From Treponemataceae bacterium (lineage in GTDB: Bacteria > Spirochaetota > Spirochaetia > Treponematales > Rectinemataceae), in the NCBI GenBank assembly GCA_963667725.2, contig CAXXHO010000003.1, forward strand, positions 544,001-608,000: a stretch of DNA of 64,000 nt, written 5' to 3'. The notes beneath the pieces are model-generated. The model searched no databases and was not told the DNA's origin. It saw only the letters and a list, made by a program, of their open reading frames with translations. This document shows, one piece after another, positions 39,221 through 48,786 of this stretch (positions are counted from its first letter, which is position 1; the number at the start of each line of letters is the position of its first letter). The position numbers were made by a program, and so were the translations under genes.

Positions 39221-41200
39221 TTAGCCGAAAACCCCCAGATTTTTCGGGACCCATGACGGATAGCCAACGAGAAGGGCGCCCACCATAGCCCATAGTCTTC
39301 TTCGATCCGTCCACTCCAGCCCGCGCCTCTCGCAGGAACGGCGGCCGGCCCTGAGCGCGGCCGGAATCTCGGGGGCATGGAGTCCCTCGATGGCGGCGAA
39401 AATGCCGAGCCAGCCTGGCCACGCGATGCCTGCCACAGGTCCCGAGGCAGAAGAGATAAGGGCGAAGACCAGAGGGCTCAACGTGATGGAAGTCGTCGCC
39501 GCTGCCTTTAAAATCCAAAGCAATTTTTCCTTCACCCTGAAAACGAGCATGCCGCGAAGGCCAGCGAGCGCCGCGTCATCCTCGAAGCCCAGCAGCCTCT
39601 GGGTTTCCTCCGCCCCAAGGGGAGGAAGCGGCCACTCGATCCAGTCGCGTTCCGATTCCGCGAGGGTAAGGGGGCGCACTTCGACCTTCCCTTCCTCGAG
39701 ACGCAGGGGAACATCGAGCCTCTGACCTTCCAGAAGGAGCCTTCGGCGAGCCGCCCGCTGTCCCAAGATGGCCAGCAGCATAGGGAAAAGGTTGCGGTTT
39801 TTGAGGGACATGACCCTGCAGGACCGGCCGCCGAGTTCGTGGAGTATCATGTGAGGGGCGTTGGGCATGGGCATGCAGCCGACGATGTAGCGATCGACAA
39901 AGAGCGCGAGGATTTTCGAGCAGGAACCGATGGCCATTTTCCTGCCCGGGAGGGTCTTGATGGCCTCCATGTCATAGGCCTTACCTTCAAAGTCGTACCA
40001 ATTCAGGCGTTCGCCCGCCTTTACCCCGGAGCCGACGATCATGACGATTTTTCGCTTGAGCGAGATTCCCTCGGCTTCGAGCATGGAAAAAGCGAAGCGC
40101 GTGGTGGCGATACAGCCTCCCCTGCACGAGGCCTCGAGCGCCGAAACGGCCGATGGCTCTATGCCGCCTGCCGCGAGGCTATTCCCTTCCTGGTTTTTGT
40201 CGATGCCGACCAGCACCCTGACCGTCGGGAAAGCCCGGCGCACCCGATCGGAGATGAGGGAAGCGTCGGCGGGGCGGAAGGCGAGGGGACTTGGATCGCC
40301 GAGGACTTCGACATTGCAAGGATCGCCGAAGCCCAGCTCGTCGGCCACTTTCATGAGGGCGATCGTCCTGGGGTCGAAACCCATGAGCCTCGTCGCCACG
40401 CGGTCGGTTTCCACCGGATGGTCGCCCGCGATGATCATCCTGGAATCCACGGGATCGACCGGCGCCGGACATTCACCTTCAGCGCCCACGACGCCATCGA
40501 TGAGGACAAGGTCGGGCTTGAAGAGGTAGAGCATTTCGACGAGCTTTCGGTCGATGTGGTAGTGGTGATCCCGCTGGCGCAGATTGTAGGGGATCGTGCC
40601 CATGGCGTTCTTGAAACCGAGGGTGACCTTCGTGTAGAGGTTGGTCTTGAGTTTGGGAACGGAGACGTAGGCCGCTTCCCCGCGCACCACCCGGGAGAAG
40701 ATCCGCGGCACCAGGATCTCGCGCTGAACCTTCGCTTTGGGCAGGATATAGCGATCCACAGGCTCCTCATCGAGGGCGACGAGGCCGCAGCCTCGATGCC
40801 TGGCCAGACGATCCAGCCCCGATACCTTGAAGGAACCGCGCGTGGGAGCGCCTCGTCCCGATGATTCAACGATGATGACCTCCGGCGAGCGCTTCGAAAG
40901 CCAGAGCACGACGGCATCCAGAACGCGCGGATCGGTCGTTTCTGGATAGTCGCGCCTCAGTAGCCCCATGTCGTGGTAGACGGTGACGAGGTTGGGCTTG
41001 ACGAGAACGGGGCGATCGCGGAACGTGGCCCCTATGCCGGTCTGAGCATCCAGGGAGTCCAGGGCGGCGAAGACCGCTTTCCTGATCGCCTTCACTTCGG
41101 GACGGTTTTCCCAGGACGCGCTGCCATAGTCGCCTGTGAGCGCGACGCAGTCCTCCCCGTAATCGCCGGGCGGGAGACGTTCGATGATGACCAGTGCCAT
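39221..41200 (-). CDS. DUF362 domain protein with Cys motifs and a C-terminal membrane segment
   Basis: VLVKPN, TTDPRV, VPKLKT, LGFKN, DGVVGAEG; CRGGC, GSC, GC-P motifs. Confidence 0.8.
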   Translation of the reverse strand: MALVIIERLPPGDYGEDCVALTGDYGSASWENRPEVKAIRKAVFAALDSLDAQTGIGATFRDRPVLVKPNLVTVYHDMGLLRRDYPETTDPRVLDAVVLWLSKRSPEVIIVESSGRGAPTRGSFKVSGLDRLARHRGCGLVALDEEPVDRYILPKAKVQREILVPRIFSRVVRGEAAYVSVPKLKTNLYTKVTLGFKNAMGTIPYNLRQRDHHYHIDRKLVEMLYLFKPDLVLIDGVVGAEGECPAPVDPVDSRMIIAGDHPVETDRVATRLMGFDPRTIALMKVADELGFGDPCNVEVLGDPSPLAFRPADASLISDRVRRAFPTVRVLVGIDKNQEGNSLAAGGIEPSAVSALEASCRGGCIATTRFAFSMLEAEGISLKRKIVMIVGSGVKAGERLNWYDFEGKAYDMEAIKTLPGRKMAIGSCSKILALFVDRYIVGCMPMPNAPHMILHELGGRSCRVMSLKNRNLFPMLLAILGQRAARRRLLLEGQRLDVPLRLEEGKVEVRPLTLAESERDWIEWPLPPLGAEETQRLLGFEDDAALAGLRGMLVFRVKEKLLWILKAAATTSITLSPLVFALISSASGPVAGIAWPGWLGIFAAIEGLHAPEIPAALRAGRRSCERRGLEWTDRRRLWAMVGALLVGYPSWVPKNLGVFG

Positions 41201-41244
41201 ATCCTAAAGAGTAGGCGAACTTTCAGCAAAGCGCAAGCAATATT

Positions 41245-41275
41245 ATTTGCAGTATGCACATTATCGAGGTATGAT
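41245..41275 (+). promoter_or_regulatory. Promoter overlapped by a TGCA-N3-TGCA palindrome (candidate MarR operator)
   Basis: TTGCAG-N17-TATGAT; ATTTGCAGTATGCACAT. Confidence 0.55.
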
Positions 41276-41313
41276 GATCCGGGTCGGCTGAACGCCGATA
41301 GAAAGGAGGCATC

Positions 41314-42449
41314 ATGGACGACAGGAATGGCTACATGCTCAAGGGCAAGCTGGCTCGCCGCGGTTATGACTGGTGGTGGCACTCCCTCGTGGGTGTCAGC
41401 GAAAAAACGGGCGAAAAACAGCCGTTCTTCATCGAATACTACGTCATCAACCCCGCGTTGGGCGGCACCAAAGCTCAGCTCGGCCAATTGCCCGCCAATA
41501 AGAAGAAAGGCATCCGCCCTTCCTACGCGATGGTCAAGGCGGGACGCTGGGGCAGCCCCGACGCCTCCGGCGAAAAGCATATGGCGCAGCTGCACAATTT
41601 CTACCCTATAAGCCAGTTTTCCGCCGATCCCGATAGCATGAATGTCAAAATTGGCAAACACACGGCCACGGAAACGCGACTCGTCGGCTCCGTCGGCTCA
41701 GCTCCGAGGAGGCGCTCGCCCATCCCGAGTATATGTCCGACTCGGGGGAGATGAGCTGGGACCTGAAAGCGAAGAAGATCCTTCCCTACAGCGTGGGGTT
41801 CGGCACGAGCCCCTTCTTCCGAAACATCAATGCCTTTCAGATGTACTGGCACGCGGCAGGCATGCTCACGGAGTACGAAGGCCGCATAACCTTCAACGGC
41901 GAGGAGTATCGCGTCGAGCCAGAGACCAGCGCGGGATATCAGGACAAGAACTGGGGCTGCGATTATACGAGTCCTTGGGTATGGCTCAATTGCAATAACT
42001 TCAAAAGCGGGATAACAAGAAATCGCCTAACGCGAACGAGCCTGGATGTCGGCGGCGCGCAACCTGTCGTGTTCGGCGTCTCGTTACCCAGGCGCCTTCT
42101 CGTCGCCTTCTATCATGAGGGCGAACTCCACGAGTTCAATTTCTCGAAGTTCTGGACAGGATCCACGCAGCGGTTCGACTGCCCCGTGACCGACGAGAAG
42201 GTGGAATGGAATATCGACGCCTGGACGAGGAAGGCTAAAATCGAGATCCGGTTCTCTTGCCCGCGATCGACCATGCTCAACGTGAACTACGAAAATCCCG
42301 ACGGAGACAAACGCCATAACGCCCTCTGGAACGGCGGTTTCGCCTCGGGCTACGTGAAGCTCTCCAGGAAAACGGCTTCAGGCTGGGAGGAGATCGATAC
42401 CTTCGACGGCGAATTGGGAGGCTGCGAATATGGGGAATACGATCGCTGA
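41314..42449 (+). pseudogene. Tocopherol cyclase family protein split by a one-base frameshift near 41695
   Basis: GYDWWW N-terminal half and GYQDKNWG...WVW C-terminal half are in different frames; the junction is at tandem CGTCGGCTC x2. Confidence 0.75.
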
Positions 42450-42475
42450 TTCCATCCGGCAATCAGCCGGAAATG

Positions 42476-42943
42476 TTATTCGGGTTTCCTGACCGTCTCG
42501 AGAGCGCGGTCCGATACGCCGAGAATCTTATCCAGGTTCTCGGCTACCATGACGAACCCCGCGAGTTCCGATTCGGAAAGCCCCGACGCGTAGGCTTTTA
42601 CAAGTTGATAACTTCTGTCCTCGATGTCCTTGATGAGTCCCAACGCTTTCGAGGAGAGGGATAACAGGACGGCGCGCCGGTCGGCCGGATCGGAGACGCG
42701 AGCCACGAGATCCTCCACCTCCAGGTGCTGAACGAGCCGCGTGGCCGAGAAATGAGGGAGTTCGAGGACGGAAGCGACCTTGCCCACCCGCAGACCCGGA
42801 TTGCGCCTCAAGAGCTGGAGCAGGCAAATCTCCTTGTAGCCCAGGCCGAAATGAGTATAGAGGTCGCACTCGAAATGGTGGATCGCGCGAAGCGTGGCGT
42901 AGAGGGCCGCGTCGACGCGATCGCGTTCCGGAACCTTGGTCAG
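42476..42943 (-). CDS. MarR family regulator (probable CTG start)
   Basis: TRLVQHLE..DLV.R..DPADRRA winged helix. Confidence 0.85.
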   Translation of the reverse strand: MTKVPERDRVDAALYATLRAIHHFECDLYTHFGLGYKEICLLQLLRRNPGLRVGKVASVLELPHFSATRLVQHLEVEDLVARVSDPADRRAVLLSLSSKALGLIKDIEDRSYQLVKAYASGLSESELAGFVMVAENLDKILGVSDRALETVRKPE

Positions 42944-43419
42944 ATACTGCCTCCGAGCTTGACTTGACCATGCCGAATTTTTACCACTACCTTCCTGACC
43001 TCGCTTTTTCCGCTTAGGTCGCATGAAGGCATATGGGCGTCATGCGGAAAGAAAATCGCGAAATTATCCGGCTTGAGGGGAAAAGATCCGCCCTCGCGTC
43101 CTTCATAAAAACCGATATCTTTTTCTTCGCTGAAGGATCCTGACGCGACAAGAGCATCGAGGGGCGCGTAGTAGCATCTTTCCTCGCCCCTAATGAGGAT
43201 CTGTATGTCGATATATTTTCTATGGGCTTCAAAGGCCGCCTCGGGCAGCGATTTCGTTACGTACGACATGACGTTGACGATAACATCGTCTCCGTCGATA
43301 GGGTAGCTGCCGTCAGCCAGGACAGAAATATCGTTATCGAGAAGATAATCGATGGCAAAATCGATGTTCTTAGAAATTCCTTTGTAAAGTCTCAGCTTAT
43401 CCAACTGGTCGAAGATCAT
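42940..43419 (-). CDS. YhcH/YjgK/YiaL family protein
   Basis: FEAHRKYIDIQ, FAIFFPHDAHMP, VRKVVVKI. Confidence 0.92.
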   Translation of the reverse strand: MIFDQLDKLRLYKGISKNIDFAIDYLLDNDISVLADGSYPIDGDDVIVNVMSYVTKSLPEAAFEAHRKYIDIQILIRGEERCYYAPLDALVASGSFSEEKDIGFYEGREGGSFPLKPDNFAIFFPHDAHMPSCDLSGKSEVRKVVVKIRHGQVKLGGSI

Positions 43420-43486
43420 CGTAAACCCCATAAAGTATCAAGATAGAATGATTATACTATATTCTCCGGAATCTTTTCGCTTTTAA

Positions 43487-44197
43487 TTATTTCGTGTCGT
43501 GAATTTTCAGATAATTCCGCGTCGAAACCTGCAGATGCTCGCGCATAACTCGTTCGGCTTCGTCGCCATCGTTGTTTCGAAGTATTCCGAGCAGCTGTTT
43601 ATGGAATTCAACGCCGCTTAAGTGACCTTCGGAAGGTATCAGCGCTTCGCGGATAATCGGTTTCAGCAAGCCAGTCATGGATTGAACGAAGGTGGCCAAG
43701 ATCGGGTTCTCGGAATACTGAGCGATGAGCGTATGAAACTGCAGGTCGTAGAAAATTCGTTCCTCGGTGTTGTGCTGATTTTCTATCATCTTGACGATTG
43801 TTTCCTCGAGCGTACCGAGCTGCTCCGCGCTCAGGCGATGCTGCGCCGCGAGACGGCAGGCATAGGGCTCGAGGAGCAAGCGCATATTGAACACATGCGT
43901 GTAATCGATGCAGTCCATCTGTATCATTCGCTTGATCACATCGATGAGGTTTTGGGTGCCGGGCTTGCAGGTATAGGTGCCGCCGCCTGTGTGGGACTCG
44001 ATCAGCTGCCTTTCCTTCAGGAGCTTCAGCGCCTCGCGTATCACCGGTCTGCTCACGCCGAAGTTGAGCGCGAGATCCTTTTCGGCCGGCAGCTTCTGGC
44101 CGGATTGGGCGGCGTTCTGGATGATATAGTTTTCAATTTTCGCGGCGACATCTTCGTAGAGATTTCTCTTTTCAACCCTATAATCTATTTTATCCAT
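43487..44197 (-). CDS. GntR/FadR family regulator (FCD domain)
   Basis: LPAEKDLALNFGVSRPVIREAL, DLQFH, MREHL. Confidence 0.93.
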   Translation of the reverse strand: MDKIDYRVEKRNLYEDVAAKIENYIIQNAAQSGQKLPAEKDLALNFGVSRPVIREALKLLKERQLIESHTGGGTYTCKPGTQNLIDVIKRMIQMDCIDYTHVFNMRLLLEPYACRLAAQHRLSAEQLGTLEETIVKMIENQHNTEERIFYDLQFHTLIAQYSENPILATFVQSMTGLLKPIIREALIPSEGHLSGVEFHKQLLGILRNNDGDEAERVMREHLQVSTRNYLKIHDTK

Positions 44198-44230
44198 TAT
44201 TAAACCTCATTTTTCCTATAGCGTACAACA

Positions 44231-45520
44231 CTACATTTTGCCAAGCAACCGCGGAACCCAAAGCACGACGTCGGGAATGTAGGTAACTACGAGCAAGACC
44301 GCGACTTCGGCGATTATCATAGGAGCGACCTCCTTTATGATAACCTTCATCTTTTCGCCGGAAATGCCGGTGACGACGAACAGGAGCATTCCGTAGGGAG
44401 GAGTGCACAGCCCGATCATCGTATTGAGCGTGAAAATCACGCCGAAGTGCACCATGTCGATGCCGAGCTGACGGGCGATGGGAACGAGAATCGGCAGGAG
44501 CACCAGCTGAAGCACGGCGGAGTCGACAAACATTCCCAATATGAAAAGTACGACATTGGTGAGGAGGAGGAAAGATACCTTCGTTGACGCGATGGAAATG
44601 ATGAGCTGGCCCGCGAGCTGCGGAAGCCTTTCCACGGAAATGATGTAGGAAAATACATAGGCCGAACCGAGGACGAGGCCGATTTGGCCCGTGGATTTTA
44701 CGGTGTCTTTCAGCACACGCAACATCTGGCGCGGACCCAGGGTCTTGTAGAACGCCACGGCGGTGATCATCGCGTAGAAACCGGCCACGGCGGCGGCTTC
44801 GGTGGCTGTCATCACTCCGGTATAGATTCCCACGAGAAGGATCACGGGCGTCAGCAGCGCGGGAAAGGCGCTGAATATCATTCCGAAAAACTGGCCGATG
44901 GTGTATTTGATACCCTTCGGATAATTACGCTTCCGCGCGATGTAAGCGACGTATACGCAGAGCGCGACGGCGAGCAGTATCCCGGGCACCATGCCGGCCA
45001 AGAAGAGACTACCGATCGATGCCCCCGCGATCACGCCGTAAATGACGAGCGGAATCGAAGGCGGAAAAATCGGCCCGATGACGGCTGAAGCCGCGGTGAT
45101 AGCGGCGCTGAAACCATCGTCGTAGCCTTCCTTGCGCATGGCTTCGATTTCCATGATACCGAGCCCCGATGCGTCGGCGACGGCCGAACCGCTCATGCCG
45201 CTGAAAATCAAGGACGCGAGCACGTTGACGTGCCCCAGGCCGCCTCTCCATCTGCCGACGAGGACATTGGCGAATCCGAAGATCTTGTCGGTGATCTTCG
45301 ATGAATTCATGAGGTTGGCGGCGAAGATGAACAGCGGGACGGCTATGAGGATAAAGTTGTTGAACATCTTGGCCGAGAAGATTTCCACCACGATGCTCAT
45401 GTCCATGCCTTTGAACAGCAGATAGGAAGTCGCGCTGATGAGCATGCCTATTCCGATCGGCATCTTGACGACGAAGGCGATCACCAGAAGCGAAAGCGCG
45501 ATGATTATCTGATAGCTCAT
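44231..45520 (-). CDS. TRAP transporter large permease DctM
   Basis: SGMSGSAVAD, IFPPSIP, TPPYG. Confidence 0.95.
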   Translation of the reverse strand: MSYQIIIALSLLVIAFVVKMPIGIGMLISATSYLLFKGMDMSIVVEIFSAKMFNNFILIAVPLFIFAANLMNSSKITDKIFGFANVLVGRWRGGLGHVNVLASLIFSGMSGSAVADASGLGIMEIEAMRKEGYDDGFSAAITAASAVIGPIFPPSIPLVIYGVIAGASIGSLFLAGMVPGILLAVALCVYVAYIARKRNYPKGIKYTIGQFFGMIFSAFPALLTPVILLVGIYTGVMTATEAAAVAGFYAMITAVAFYKTLGPRQMLRVLKDTVKSTGQIGLVLGSAYVFSYIISVERLPQLAGQLIISIASTKVSFLLLTNVVLFILGMFVDSAVLQLVLLPILVPIARQLGIDMVHFGVIFTLNTMIGLCTPPYGMLLFVVTGISGEKMKVIIKEVAPMIIAEVAVLLVVTYIPDVVLWVPRLLGKM

Positions 45521-46026
45521 ACCTGTGCCTCCACGTCTCTTTTTTCTATTGGGTTCGTTTTAAGGCACTTAACGAGCCTGTAAACGCTACGGCATATAGT
45601 GATGACGACGAAGGGGACAAAAGCGAAATAGATTATGCCCAGCGGGAAATTGAATACAGCGCTGTAGCGCGTCATGTAGAATTTGTAGAAAGCGATGGTC
45701 GCAGGTATCGGAATGCAGAAGAAAACGATGGTGAGTGAATAATTGATTATGTCGAAGGCCTTCCTGACTTTAGGCGATGCCGACTCATGGGCTATGGAAA
45801 ACACGATGTGATCGTCGGTGCGGGACGCGTAGCAGGCGCCAAGCAATATCGTCCAGAGGTAGCCGAACTGCGAAAGTTCGTAGGGCCATACCAGCGGATG
45901 CCTGAATACATAGCGCGATACGATCTGCAGTATGAAGGAAAGGAATAGCGCGACGAACGCGGCTACTGGAATATATACTTCCACGATATCCAGAAACACT
46001 TGGAAAATTTTCTTGGGTTTTGCCAT
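45517..46026 (-). CDS. TRAP transporter small permease DctQ
   Basis: Four TM helices, VSRYVF, WPYEL, DHI. Confidence 0.9.
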   Translation of the reverse strand: MAKPKKIFQVFLDIVEVYIPVAAFVALFLSFILQIVSRYVFRHPLVWPYELSQFGYLWTILLGACYASRTDDHIVFSIAHESASPKVRKAFDIINYSLTIVFFCIPIPATIAFYKFYMTRYSAVFNFPLGIIYFAFVPFVVITICRSVYRLVKCLKTNPIEKRDVEAQV

Positions 46027-46082
46027 TCTACGCTCCTCGAGAAGGGGAGAGCCGGAAACCCGGCCCTCCGTAAATGTTCAGT

Positions 46083-47087
46083 TCAGTATTCGAGATTCTT
46101 GATTTTGTTGTAGAGATCCAGGTCCCAGTCTTTGATCATCTGCTTGTTGCCCAGGTAGGCTTTTTCCGTCGCCGTCATAAAAGCCTTGACGTCGGGAGTG
46201 ATGATCTTCAGGCCTTTCGAGCGGAAGAATTCCAGATCGTTCTTTTCGCTTTCAAGGTTGGCGGCATCGTTCCATGCCGTGATTTCCTTGATCGCCTTCG
46301 TTATTATCTGGCGCTGTTCGGCCGTGAGCGACTGCCATTTTTTCTCATTGATGGCCACGCACATCGGTTCGATCACGTGACCCGTCAGGACGATGGAACT
46401 CGTGACTTCGTACCATTTCTGGGCTCTCGTCGTCGGGAGGGGGTTGTCCTGTCCATCGATGGCGCCGGTCTGGAGCCCCTGATACACTTCGGCGAAAGCC
46501 ATGGGGGTGGGGTTGGCGCCGAGGGCGCGGCCCATGAACAGCCAGGCCGCCGAATTGGGCATTCGAAGATTTACGCCCGCCAGATCGGCCGGCGTCTTGA
46601 TATCGCGCCCGATATTGCGCATGTCGAGATTCCTGGAACCGCAGTAGAGCGCAGTGAGCCATCGGACATTAAGTTTCTTGGCTACGTCCTCGGCCACCGT
46701 CTGTCCGATCGGTCCATCCATCACGGCGCGCATATGCTTCTGGTTTTTGAAGATGTATGCCGCGGTGAACATATTGAGGTAGGGAAGCTGGTTCGAAATA
46801 AGGAAAGGCGAGCTGAACATCATATCGAGCGTGCCGCGCGCCACGGCGTCCACTTCCCCTTCCTGGGTCATCAGGCTGCCGTTGTCGTGAATTTCCAGCA
46901 GTAAGCTGCCTTTGGAAGCGCTCTCCACTTTTTCCTTGAGCATATACATCGCCTTGACATAGTTTACATCGGCCGACGCTTGCGTGGAGAAAACAATTTT
47001 CGTGGGCTGATTCCCCGCGGCGAACGCGGGCATCGCCATCAACGCGGCGGCGAATACGCAGATCAGAACCTTGCTGATTTTTCTCAT
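46083..47087 (-). CDS. TRAP transporter substrate-binding protein DctP
   Basis: Signal peptide, LRMP, GANPTPMAFAEVY, DGQDNP. Confidence 0.95.
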   Translation of the reverse strand: MRKISKVLICVFAAALMAMPAFAAGNQPTKIVFSTQASADVNYVKAMYMLKEKVESASKGSLLLEIHDNGSLMTQEGEVDAVARGTLDMMFSSPFLISNQLPYLNMFTAAYIFKNQKHMRAVMDGPIGQTVAEDVAKKLNVRWLTALYCGSRNLDMRNIGRDIKTPADLAGVNLRMPNSAAWLFMGRALGANPTPMAFAEVYQGLQTGAIDGQDNPLPTTRAQKWYEVTSSIVLTGHVIEPMCVAINEKKWQSLTAEQRQIITKAIKEITAWNDAANLESEKNDLEFFRSKGLKIITPDVKAFMTATEKAYLGNKQMIKDWDLDLYNKIKNLEY

Positions 47088-47109
47088 AGGTAATTCCTCC
47101 CCTATTATT

Positions 47110-47889
47110 TCAGAGCCTATGGCCCTGTATTTCCCTTAAAATGCCGCGGACCTTGCGAGCTCCGCTCATTATGTGCAGATAGTCCGTTCCGGCGCTGATG
47201 ACGTTGATTCCCTTGTCGTGCCAGTAGCGGAGTACTTCGGGATCGTCGCTTCCGGTCGATATGCCCACCGATTTTCCGGCTTTCTTCAATATCGCGACGG
47301 CGCGATCGATCAGATCGCTCGTGTTCGGATCGAACACCTTGTTGAGTTCGCCGATAGAGCCCGAGAGGTCGCAGGGGCCGAATATGAAGCAGTCGATCCA
47401 GGGGTTCTTCGCCATTTCCTCGAGATTGTCGACCGCGAGCTTGCTCTCGATCTGAACGCACCTGACCATGTCGAGGCTGCCTTTGCGAATGTATTCGTCG
47501 GCATCGTCGAAGCCGTAGCGTACGGCCCTCATCGGGCCAAATCCGCGGTTTCCGTTCGGAGGATAGAGCGTGCTTTTCATGGCCTTGTCGAGTTCCTCGG
47601 CGCTGTTCACGACGGGGAATATCAGTCCGGTCGGGCCCATCTCCAGGACTCTTTTCGCCAGGATCGCGTCGTTCCAGGGAATGCGGACAAGGGAGTTCAC
47701 CCCCGCCGCCTTTGCCGCGATAATATGCTCGAGAAGAATATGATAGTCGATTGCCGCATGTTCCGTATCAATCCAGATGAAGTCATAATCGGCGTATCCG
47801 CAGAGCTCGGTTATGCAGCTATCCGCGAGCGATACATGCATGCCGGCCAAAGGTTCGCGCTTTCTGAGCTGCTCTTTTAGCTGCGTCAT
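47110..47889 (-). CDS. HpcH/HpaI family class II aldolase
   Basis: WIDTEH, VRIP, YPPNGNRG, QIES, FGPCDLS. Confidence 0.93.
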   Translation of the reverse strand: MTQLKEQLRKREPLAGMHVSLADSCITELCGYADYDFIWIDTEHAAIDYHILLEHIIAAKAAGVNSLVRIPWNDAILAKRVLEMGPTGLIFPVVNSAEELDKAMKSTLYPPNGNRGFGPMRAVRYGFDDADEYIRKGSLDMVRCVQIESKLAVDNLEEMAKNPWIDCFIFGPCDLSGSIGELNKVFDPNTSDLIDRAVAILKKAGKSVGISTGSDDPEVLRYWHDKGINVISAGTDYLHIMSGARKVRGILREIQGHRL

Positions 47890-47919
47890 CAATAGTCTCT
47901 CCTTTCCAAACTGAGTGAA

Positions 47920-47956
47920 AAGCTGTAAAGCTGTATTACAGGTTTGATTGTAATAC
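47920..47956. promoter_or_regulatory. Candidate FadR-type operator upstream of the aldolase-TRAP operon
   Basis: CTGTATTACAG palindrome and GTATTACA-N8-TGTAATAC inverted repeat. Confidence 0.55.
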
Positions 47957-48009
47957 CCATTTTTGAATTCTGTAAAGGGAAAATCGTAATTTTTTCGGCA
48001 GCGAACCCG

Positions 48010-48630
48010 TCAGGCTTGGTTATGAGGCAGGATTTTGGCGTACAGGAACTCAACGCAGACGATAGAAAGGCCGGCGCCCAAGGCTCCCGCTACCATTCCC
48101 CCCAGGATATCAGAAGGATAGTGCACCATCAGGTAGCAGCGGGAGAGGCCCATGAGGATGACTATTCCGAAGAAAAGCCAGCTCACTTTCCTGTTTCCCT
48201 TGAAGAAGAGGACGGTCATCGCCGCCATTGTCGCGGTGGCGTGGCCCGAGGGGAAGGAGAATCCGTCCTCGGCGGGCGAGCCGACGAAGATCCACCATTC
48301 GCGGTAGAGGGAGCCCGCCGCGTCGAGGAAGGGCCTGGAGCGGCCGATCATATCCTTCAATAGAATATTGGTCACGAGGGCGCCGAATACGACAGCGCCG
48401 AAAACGCAGGCCCCCGTTTTCCTCGTCTTCTTGAAGCCGAAGAGAACAATCCCCAGAAGAAACATGCCGGCGCCCTTTTCCGCGACCATGCTTACCGTCT
48501 CAAAGAAGCCGGTAAACCTCCCGCCGGTCATTTGGGCGAAGTCGTGAAGCGCGCGAAGAATGCCGCCATCGAAACCCGAAAACGCGTCTTTGAGCCATTG
48601 AGCGATGCCAGATCCATCCATACAATCCAT
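48010..48630 (-). CDS. PAP2 family phosphatase
   Basis: K...RSRP, SFPSGH, SRCYLMVHYPSD. Confidence 0.92.
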   Translation of the reverse strand: MDCMDGSGIAQWLKDAFSGFDGGILRALHDFAQMTGGRFTGFFETVSMVAEKGAGMFLLGIVLFGFKKTRKTGACVFGAVVFGALVTNILLKDMIGRSRPFLDAAGSLYREWWIFVGSPAEDGFSFPSGHATATMAAMTVLFFKGNRKVSWLFFGIVILMGLSRCYLMVHYPSDILGGMVAGALGAGLSIVCVEFLYAKILPHNQA

Positions 48631-48786
48631 CCTTTCTCGAAACCGAAATTGCGGCTTTCCGGAAGCCGGACAGAGTATGGCTCTTGCTCGGCCTCGATTT
48701 CGAGAAACGATTCGTCACCTTGGGCGATAGGAGAGGCTTTCTTGCGACACTTTTCGTGTCATCGGCGTTTCTCGCCCCGAGTTCCG

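Noticed and set aside
48640..48786. Possible displaced yaiI 3' end or gene remnant marking the far end of an island
   Set aside because: The frames I translated do not resemble the YaiI C-terminus
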